Of a stretch of 64,000 bases of DNA, positions 12,672 through 22,897 are shown in pieces. The DNA comes from Fimbriosthenelais zetlandica. Its lineage: Eukaryota. The stretch is taken from NCBI GenBank assembly GCA_977030845.1, contig OZ365118.1, positions 22,258,001 through 22,322,000 of the forward strand, read 5' to 3'. The notes under the pieces are model-generated. The model ran no database searches. It was given only the letters and a program-made list of their open reading frames with translations, and had not been told where the DNA came from. Each line of letters opens with the position of its first letter. Position 1 is the stretch's first letter. A program made the position numbers and the translations under genes.

Positions 12672-15600
12672 GCTTCCTGTACATCACTTCCTCTCAGTGA
12701 ACCATATTAACTTCCTGTTATTAAAGTTATCACAGATGAACGAGTACAGAATGATGAGATGAAAGTACGAGACTAACAGACATTGTGGTCGTCTTCATCC
12801 TCCTTCCTCCTGCTTTAATCTTACTCAATACTCGGTGCTTTAAATACGGAGAATTCTTAAACAGCCACTCATGACTGACACATGAAAGACAGAGGTATTA
12901 CTTCTGACATTTTTCACATTCCGGTGGAGTTAAGTAAGAGATTAACTTCAGTAATTAGTCAGATGTAGGTGTATTGATCAGTATACATTCCGTGTGTGGG
13001 TGAGAGCGGCCAATGGTTGATTCACAAAGTTTCATATCTGGGCTATATTAATCTTTCAAATCTTACATCAATAAGCATTAAAAATATTCAATCAATAATT
13101 TCAGTTTCCAAACCATTCAATGTCCATGGTTATCTTGTACATTTCATCGTATTTAAATCTTGACTTTCTCTCAGTAATTTGTCCGGTTCTCAGTCTTGTA
13201 ATATCGTATCTCTCTGAGGTGTATAATTTTCACCTGGACATGCTAATCTGCTTTGGTATGTCCAGAGATAAGCCTATACTTCCCTTATCTCCCGTCAAAT
13301 GTATTGAGGGTCGGGGAGGTGTACGGTGTGAGGGGGAGAGGTCATTATTTATGAGGTGTGGGGGTCGTTTATTATCTATATTATATACGACCCTCACCTG
13401 CCACTACTCTCACCATGTCAGTCCTTCCTACTTCATTCATTTTTAAATATTTTAGGAATAGATATAACCTTCCTGGTAGAGGAAAGTGCAGAGTTAGTAC
13501 ACGTCTGTAGTTACTTTGAATCAATACTGCTAATCTTCAATAAGTAGGAAAGGGTCTACTCAGGTCTATGGTGGGGTCTATGGGTTATAATGCACCTGTG
13601 TCTATGGTAGTAAAGGGTCAGGTAGTAGATTATAAAGTGGTTTCCATGACACCCGGCCTGTATTTATAGGAAACTAGGGTAATATGTGAATAATAAAAAC
13701 ATCAGGGCTCTAATCAATGGAATTTCCTCATCGTGAGGTCTACAAATCGTTACTGTCTGATGGGTGGATGTTGAGCGATCATTGCTACAATCAGGGTGTG
13801 ATCCACATATTGTTTAATTGACAGTAAACATGGTAAACTTAGAGAGGAACATGAGGGTGAAACAGGCCGGAGTGGGCGATATTAGGGGATCTCCGCCATC
13901 TGACATCAGGAAGGTCCCCTAGTGGGACTTCAGGGAACCTTCAGATCTCTGAAAGGTCATATTTTTTCTACATTCTGATCTCATTTCACAGTGAAGTTCA
14001 CTGAAATAGCTTCAAGATGGACAATGAGTAATGTATGACGATAACCCCAGGACTGTCTCACAGATGGCCGCCATCTTTCTTTTCATGAACTTAGCGGTAC
14101 TGTGTTATATTTGTGTGAAAATCTTGGAGGGTATTTTGTTTGGGTTGGGTAAGGCTTAGAGGGTGTGGTAAGGGGGTTAGGCTTGTAGGGTGAGGTAAGG
14201 GGTAAGGGCAATGGTTTTGTGAATCCATTTAAATCTTCGCCCAAACTCTAACGAACCTTGAAAGGACACGCGCCTTCCATGTGTAACTCATCATCTGACC
14301 AGTAGAGGGAACTGAGGGGTCAGTCACGTGACATTCCCCTGGTGGACGTTACCAGAAGTTCACACAGGGTGAAAAACCTCCAAGATCTTCACATTCTCTA
14401 AACCAGTCTCTTATAAACATCCAGATCCTCCTAGTCTGATACGACCAGATGTTATAGACCAGCTAAACCTGATAAACAGGAAACTGCTATGGTCTGAAAA
14501 TCCTACAAGCCATCAACAAACACCAAACTGAAGACGCAAACACTTTAATAGTGTTTAAAGTAAACAGTCTACTCTCCCTTTAATGGTGATTACTGGGGCT
14601 ATATGGTGGACAAAGACTCAAGTAGGGGAACCAGTTATAGGGAAGTGGGGGCCGGGGGACTGGTACGGGGGCTGGGACCTGGTGGGGGAGCCGGGGGTTG
14701 GGAAATGTCAGGTAAATTTTCAGGTGTGTTTAACAAAGTGGCACGTGTAGCGTTCCTACCACAAACACACCTGGTGTTTGGAATGTCATCTATACAATGG
14801 TTTATTAAGAGCTTCCTGCCGGGCAGAGTGTCGAGGTGGGGGCAGGAGGGGTCACAGTGGGGGCAGATAGAATAGAGGGGTTTATACAGTGAACAAGCAC
14901 TAGATGGCGTATCGGTATAAAAGGCCGTTTATAGACAAACAGATACAATGTCTGTTTAACAAAGAGATTAAAACCCAGGCCTGAACCACCAGTGGCAGAA
15001 TTCCTCCTTCACTCAATCTGTGACAAATTCACGCTCATATTTTCATTGCATATTTTCCAGGGTTTGGTTTAAAAATATTGTGAGAAGTTAATAGTTCACG
15101 ATGTGAGGATGGAATGGGAGCGTATAAACAAAGTCAAGTACAGGTCTGGCCTCCACTGACCCCTGCCTCACAGACCTAATCCAAACCCTCTCTCACGACT
15201 CTGCCCTTGAGTAAAATTTTCTCATCAATTTCAAACCAATATATGTCTTCACTTAGTATATAGGATAAAAGCAAATTCTGGCGTAACGAAAAAACAAATA
15301 GATGACCCTTTAGGAGGTGTTTCCCCCGGTATATGCGGACAGGTGGTTAGTCTGGACGCTGGCAGATTGTACCTTTAATGAGCGTGAATTAAATGATCAG
15401 TAAATGAAGCACCGACCATATGGTGATGTATATGTCACGGCCAGGAGTATATCAATATTTATTACCTTCACATTAATAAACGTCATCTATAGACAATAGA
15501 CTGTATCCATGAAAACAGTACTCATCCAATATACTGCTACTCATTCAAACCAGCTTCATAAAAAGAGCATTTTAACTAAAAATATAATTAAAATTCTCCA

Positions 15601-16488
15601 TGAATGACCATCAACATTAGCCAAAAAAGCAGGCTCCAACAACCATGAAGTGTGGATTTTTATAAGCCATTATTCCCTGATGAAAGGTGGTATATGAATG
15701 GCAGTAAAATGTCTCTTTCATCTGAAATGATTAAACATAATGAGGGAATCCCCCTGATGTAAAGTACATGACTAATTAATGACGTCATCCGGCGTCCTAC
15801 AGCCATGCTTCATTATCCTCAATTATATGAGTATAAACCATATGGCTGGTCATTTCATTCATGCTGCCAAAACCAGTCAATAATTCACTGAAAATGGATA
15901 TTTCTTAGGCACGAGGTATGGGTGTGGGGGTTGTTAAGAGTTTTTCCCTAGCAAGGTAGAGTACAGGGCTGGTTATACTGGTTGGGGGTTGTGTAGAGGG
16001 GCTGGTGGGGGTGGATGGGGTATGAATGGGGTGAAGGGTGCAGCTACCACACCCTTCACACCCTGGAGGGAGGGTATAAGACCTCCAGGAGGTCATGGAG
16101 TGAGGGTAAGAGAATCATTCTATCTCCTCCTGTGTTACAAATAACTCCACACATCTACATCTCTATATCTATTACTGACAGCCATGTCTATATACATGTT
16201 ATTACAAGTTATAACCCAGCCCGGCAGGGGGAGCTATACAGGGGTTATCCGATACCCTGCCATAATACGTGCATATATATACGCATTGTATGTGCATTGC
16301 ACGCGCATTGTACGCGCATACATGCCATTCACATAGTGGAAACAATGCTATTTGCCAGCCTGAATACCATGGTAGGAATTTGCCATTATGATTTAAAAAT
16401 ACCAGAAGGGATTTATATTAAATCAGGGGGTAAGGATTATGGTTAATCAATTGTTATGTAACTTAACACCAATATCCACAGCCCCATT

Positions 16489-16600
16489 TATAATGCGTGG
16501 TGTGGGGTGGTATAATGCCTACTGTGGGGTGGTATAATGCCTGGTGTGGGGTGGTATAATGCCTGGTGTGGGGTGGTATAATGCCTGGTGTGGGGTGGTA
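16489..16600 (+). repeat. 22-bp minisatellite (ggtgtggggtggtataatgcct), about 5 copies
   Basis: Units visible at 16499, 16521, 16543, 16565 and 16587 (partial). Confidence 0.9.
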
Positions 16601-16668
16601 TTGTGGGGAACAACTGCCCCCTGTATTGCCTGGACAATATAACACCTTGGTAGCATTATTGACCTGTT

Positions 16669-16815
16669 AGTGGTAGGCATGTAGAGGTAGGCATGTAGTG
16701 GTAGGCATGTAGTGGTAGGCATGTAGTGGTAGGCATGTAGTGGTAGGCATGTAGAGTGGTAGGCATGTAGTGGTAGGCATGTAGAGTGGTAGGCGTGGTA
16801 GGCCTGGTAGGCATT
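16669..16815 (+). repeat. 14-bp minisatellite (gtggtaggcatgta), about 9-10 copies with 16-bp variants
   Basis: Direct reading; it explains the spurious ORFs 16656-16865 and 16667-16897. Confidence 0.92.
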
Positions 16816-17578
16816 GTGTGTGGTACTGGTAGACGCTGCCTCCTCCAGGGCATCCTGCTGGACACGGGATGAAGCGTCCCATCAAACTAATCACCAAAAC
16901 TTATATCTACAGTGGACTCTCCATATAACGGCTATCACTAAACCGAACAACCATAGAATATCATTAAACTGATCAAATGATGCTATATTAGTATAAACAT
17001 AATGAAGGATTCATGACTTCATTTTCAGAGGGGCATTTGTTTTCATATATTGGATGGATGGATAAAGCGAGCTAGGAGGTCGTGATAGCGGGGTTTGACT
17101 GTAATTTGATGTCGGTATAACCGTACAGTCGCCTGAGGGCGTTAGACAGTAATAACTAATAGAGTTCTACTTTATATCATGATCGCTACACATTAACATA
17201 GGCGTCAGTAGGCGAGATTCTAATCAGATGAAAGCCACTCATTATAATGATAAATATATATCAGAGGAAAGGCACTCATTCTATGATGGTAGATATAGAG
17301 GTATTTATCATTAAATATAGTCTATATTCACCACTGAGGGGCTGTACCTGTGATGGAGGTAGGCAGTCTGTATTGATATAATAACTTCATTATATCTCTA
17401 GTACTGTATATATAGGGGAGATGTGTGTGAGAGCACCTGGGCCTCCCCCCCCCCCCCCCCACCCCCCGACCTCCATGACTCATACCATCACTATCAACAA
17501 CTTCACATTTTTATTTATTTTTAAAAGTTTCTATAAAGGCTGAAGCTGATGTTTTGGTGGGGTTGCTTCCAAATCATC

Positions 17579-17644
17579 CCACAGGGACTGGGGTAGGATT
17601 CCACAGGGACTGGGGTAGGAATCCACAGGGACTGGGGTAGGAAT
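17579..17644 (+). repeat. 22-bp tandem repeat x3 (ccacagggactggggtaggaat)
   Basis: Units at 17579, 17601 and 17623. Confidence 0.9.
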
Positions 17645-17725
17645 CTCTCTCAGATAAAGATTGTCTGGCTACTAGCTACAGAGTTTGATACAGCAGGCAT
17701 CTCTGATCAAAATAGAAAGCTTTAC

Positions 17726-18098
17726 CTGGTATGTTTATAATGGTAGAGGTGCATCTGATGTTGGAGGTGTTGATGGTGGTGTTGTACATGTTGTTGGTGA
17801 TGTTGGATGAGTTGGTGAGATGTCAGAGGGAGATGTAAACCTTTCTTTATCACTGGTCTCACCGTCTCTCCACTCATCCTCACTGTCCGTCCTCTATCTC
17901 TCAACTCTTGACCACTGGGACACACACCTGGCTGACCACTGTGACGTATATGGTGTATAGGTATATGTCTCACCTGTGGTGCTGACTGACCACCTTGACC
18001 ATTAGAAGCTTTGACAGGTGGAGTTGAGTGGTCAGTTGGTTTGACCATCACTCCATGCTCCTGGGTACCATACATGGCTGGCATGATGCTCTCTACAC
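17726..18098 (-). CDS. Candidate cassette exon, His/Gln-rich C-terminal part; 5' boundary uncertain (18098 phase 1 or 17938 phase 2)
   Basis: ORF 17722-18108 ends exactly at the donor ACCAG|gtaaag in phase 2, matching the 7289 acceptor. Two in-frame AG acceptors exist: gacctcag|GT and cgtcacag|T. Both have weak pyrimidine tracts. Confidence 0.45.
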
Positions 18099-21000
18099 CT
18101 GAGGTCATTAACAGGTTAAATATGAAATAATCTCACTTAATAAACATCCAGCATGTCTCCTTCATGGTAATCTCTATCTGATTAATCCAGTATCAAGTCT
18201 GATATCCTGGAATCATTCTCAGAGTTCCACATCAATTCACTTCATGCTTCGTTCAGGGAATGAATCAATATTAACAACAGTACAGAGTAATAAAGCACTG
18301 ACTGTATGACAGGTATGATTGTGGGTGTATGGATGTTTACCTATCACAGGTATGAGACCATCTATAGATGATCAATACATGTCACGGCTTATCGCGGTGT
18401 GAGACGTGAGAGGCGGTGTAGAGGACATGAAGATCAGGTCAGATAATCAATACAGGATTCACTTCTTACATCCATACCTCAAACAGTCACATGTAACGGT
18501 CCAGTACATCCATGGTATAATAGTCCACACTATGTGGGTCACTCAGTCCATACCAGGTACATGTAAATGACCAATCAATGAGGTGACCAATCGATGAGGT
18601 GTGTACTGACCAGTAGAGATGGACACTAATTTACAGGGTCAACCCCACAATACAAGGGATCCAGGTGGATGCTGACCAACTGGGTGGGTTCAGGCCCCTT
18701 ACTGACCAGTAGACACTATATTTCCACCCCCTGGAGTGGTTCCTGGGGTTAAAACCGTGTTAGACTATTATGCTATATTGAGTGCACCATTTAAGATGCT
18801 TCTATCAAGTTATTAAGGTTCTGATATTCCAGTTTGGGTGAATTCAGGAGAATGTTTTGAAGGTTTCTATATAGAGGAGTGACAGGAGTGTGTGTAGTGT
18901 CACATGTCAGAATACCTGAGTGTGTGAAGCATGATAGCTACACGTACAGATGAACGCTCAGGTGTCACACAGGTGTGTTGTTTAGTAACATGCACCTCTT
19001 CCCTCCACACATCCTCCCCCAGGTATCCAACCCCCAGCTATACAACCAGAAGGTCCCAGTCTGCCAGGAAGCTCTCCCAGGCAGCCTTAATACTGAAAGT
19101 TAATTTGAGTTCACGGAAGCTAAAATAGATTCCCTGGTAGGTTGAGGTAGGCCTGGTGTATTAGTCCTTCACGGAATCCTGGCCTGGGAGCCGGTTTAAT
19201 GGTGAGGTGTATGTAATAGCTTTCAGGTAGAGTATTAGGAGAATGCTAACAGATGGGAGGCTCACCAAGGCCTTTGTCAGAAACAAGTAGGGCTGAATGA
19301 GAAAGCCAGGGTGGGAGCCAGGGTGGGAGCCTGACGTTCACACGTCCTCAGGCCGACGTTCAGACGTCCACACATGTATACAGTGAGGTGGGGGGATGGG
19401 GGGGAATTAGGTCAACCCCCCAGGATCAGACCAATGAGAGGCCAGAGTTCAGGTCACATGACACACACACCTTAGAGAGTATGTGTGGAGGGTGCATGCA
19501 TACCTAGTGGATGAGATGTAACTATGGTAACATTTTACCCCCATCCCTCCTCCTCCTCCTCCGCCACCAGCTTCCACATGATGGGGTAGTGAGGGTAGCG
19601 CCTGGAGGCCTCCACCCCCGCCCCCCCCCCCAACCCCCCGCCCCTGATTCACCAGGATTGGGTTACCACCAATTTTACATCACAGCTTCTATTTAAACCA
19701 AACTTTTCCATTCCAATAACCACCAAACCGCCCTGAGGATAAATCCAAATCTTACAGAGAAATACTAACGCTCAACTCATGGCAGCATAAGTAATATTGA
19801 TCAATTATATTTATGATAATATTAGGTGGTTGGTAATCGGGCTGAAAATCTTTGTGACGTCAAAAAGACAATAAAAAGAGCTGAATGGGAGACAGGGAGA
19901 CGGCTGTCATATCATATCTTGATACCTTATCAGTTGTTTTCAAACATTAAAAATACATCCTTCTAGATACATTATAATAATACAATTACTGAAGCATATT
20001 GTTTAACATGAGACAGGTCAGTCCATGTAGGAGCAGTGTCGAGGACGCCCACCATCATTGGTAGACAGGGCGGGGTAGATTCCAACTCTAATCCTTCTTA
20101 TTTCATTACTTTTTATTGTGATAAGCAAGTTAACGTTTTACTGTGGATTACACGCCTCTAGATGGACTAGAATTCACCATGAAGGTGGGAGTAGGGAGGT
20201 GGGTGTTGATGGGAGATTGGGGGAGGGGGCGGGGATCAGTCTTATCATATAAACGCCTCCTCTCTGTCTATATTTAATATTGAGTGAGAATAACAAGCAG
20301 GGAATGATATTGTTTATATCCTCACCAACTGACCACATCCTGCGGTGGTCTCATTATTTGTGACTTTTCCTGGAATGATCTTAATTTGACAGTATGATTA
20401 TTGACCTCTCTCTGTACTGACTGGTTCTATATGTGTATATTTACACTCAATACGGAGGTGAGGGCTAACTATAGTCCACAATGAATAAGACATATTATTA
20501 ATGACATGTAGAGTGGTGTATATAGAATCATTATGGACGTTGATTCAGTCATCAGATGGCTAGAGTTCCATCGTTTATATTGAGGTCATATTTTTACGAT
20601 CACGGGGTCACATGTTACTCGTGGGTTGTCTGGTAGGGGGCGTGGTAGTAGCCCCCAGTGAGAGCGCCCTCTAACAGGTCTGTACATCACTAGAGACTCC
20701 AGACATGTGCTGCCATGTGGAGGACATTAGATGAACTAGTAAGGATCAAAGTGGGTGAAATATGGCCCAGTATTTGTGACTGCTGCTTTTTTAAGCTGTA
20801 CCCACATTAGCTTCAGGGTTTCAATACCTCCTCGCCTTTTTATGCTATTTTTCTCATAATTTTCTCATCAATCATCGATGTATTGATATGTAGGCCAACG
20901 TACTGAGCCTCGGGAAGTTGAGGGTGTGCACTTCGTGACATATTTATGCACCTTTTGACCATGTAGGTTTGAAACCCAATAAGCGGTTAGAAGAAAACCA

Positions 21001-21623
21001 TCTGGTGGCGATTCCTGGAACTCGTTATCGGGGGCAGTGGCTATCACATGACCACATCACCCCAATTAAAATATATGCTCACAATCTATCATCAATAACC
21101 TTAAAATGTACCCAAAACCCAGCCTACAGACTGCTTCCCTGAAATACACGGCGCTAGATCCCAATTAGCCCCTATTATCGCCCAGTCCTGACCAGTTCAA
21201 AGGTCAGCCGCCAGATGGCAGACAGCAGGGAGCTACTTCCGGTCATATGAAGACCCGGATGACTATTGTTTTCCTGACGTCATAACGAGCGTTCCAGGAA
21301 GGTCCGGGTTGATAATGAGACAATAATGCTGAGAAATTCATCAGATTAGAAATGAATGATAAAGACCTGGTGATAATTAGTCACTTATTGTGAATAAAAA
21401 GTGGTGCAGGAAGCTTTGATATAGAGAGTGCCTGGTTCCACAAAGGGGGAAGAAGAATACAAGAAAAAGCCTAATCTAAAGTACCAAATATAAGTAGCTA
21501 ATTAATGTAATTAAGTCCTATATATCCTCTTCCTCTTCTTTGATTAAAATTTCTTGGGGAACATGGGATGGAATGTGGCTGAATATATTTGAGAATTTAA
21601 ACAGAGTGACTAGAGCAGCCTAC

Positions 21624-21701
21624 CTGATCTCCTTGGTATAAGAGGTGTAGATGTGGCCCTGTTTGTCACGTTTATATCCCTGTAACTTTACAGCCACCTC
21701 A
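21624..21701 (-). CDS. Candidate small cassette exon (78 nt, phase 2 to 2: EVAVKLQGYKRDKQGHIYTSYTKEI), with an alternative 56-nt form starting at 21679
   Basis: Donor GATCAG|gtaggc; acceptors ctactattacag|T and aagttacag|G. Both forms are stop-free when entered in phase 2 from exon 22518-22612. Confidence 0.35.
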
Positions 21702-22517
21702 CTGTAATAGTAGGTGGTTACCCTGCCACCCTTCCTCCCTGGCTGTAACATGGCGTTTATAATTCCACTATAACAAGCCTCAATGTCTGTATCATTCTAC
21801 CTCCCAACACTGACTGCCTCTCTCCACTCTCTCCTCCCTCCACTCTCTCCAAACCTCCTACTCCCACCATAGAGGTATGCATTACCATGCACTCTTTAAT
21901 TTACCGTACACTAATATTCACTGCATAATAATTATGATAATTTGTGAAGGAATCTAATAGAGTACAAGTCCATTTCATCTCATTTAAGATTGGAAATATA
22001 CACCTAATTCACTAGTGTTTAATAGGGAACAAAATAAATATGATATCTAAAAGTTTGTGATTATATTTTGAAGTATCATCATTATTTAAGTCCACCAAGG
22101 CTGTAACCTGCCCCAGTAATTAAGTCTCCATCCTCTTTCCCCTATTGTAAACATTATTAGTTTTAATTACTTCCTGGCTCTGTGCCAGTGAACGCTAAGT
22201 TCAGCATATTAAACCATGCAGGTCACCACACACCTCCCACATGACCAGATCTCACATTATTGGCCAATATTCAATACTGCGGTTACAGAAAAAAGCTCTT
22301 TAAAGGCTGATGTTGATGCTACATTATGGAAAGGAATGGGTATTAATTAAATACGGAATATTGCTCACACAGGGTCAATTATATGCTGAATTCGTGAGTG
22401 AATTTGTTGGATATTTTCTGTATGTTTTTTGTATGTATGTGCTGTGAATTAATAACAATTAAAGTCATATTTTAGGTACAATAAAAGAAAGATATTTGTG
22501 ATAATTTTGAGACCTAC

Positions 22518-22612
22518 CTCGAGCTATACTCGTAGGTTTGTTTCGGTAGAGTGAGACTGGAGTCCATGGAGGTATCCTGACTCTCAGCACTCGTGCTGCC
22601 CGCTGGTGACGA
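22518..22612 (-). CDS. Shroom: 95-nt internal coding exon (phase 0 to 2: SSPAGSTSAESQDTSMDSSLTLPKQTYEYSS), not in the ORF track
   Basis: Acceptor ggtgttttcag|TCG, donor TCGAG|gtaggt, no stops. Phase bridges the large exon donor (0) and the downstream phase-2 acceptors. Upstream intron is 285 nt. Confidence 0.75.
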
Positions 22613-22897
22613 CTGAAAACACCAACATTTACATGAGATTCCTCATACCAACATTTACATCAGATACTTCATAATGCAGTAAGACAACAGAAGCTGCACA
22701 TATTTTCAGGGGTATCCAACAATCAAATAAACTAAACTAAACTTAATGGGCCTTTTAAGAACAAAGACTGAAGCTCTATCCTTTTAAGAAAGAAACTATT
22801 TCTCAATTCGTTCTAGCAAGGACATGCTTACTTGTGATAAAGATTTTCACAAATTTATATTTTCAGTAATGATATGAATACAGGTATGAACACTTAC

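Noticed and set aside
16463-16897. Repetitive ORFs (MPTTTCLPLHAYHY..., PHQALYHPT...)
   Set aside because: Translations of the 14-bp and 22-bp minisatellites, whose unit lengths are not multiples of 3.
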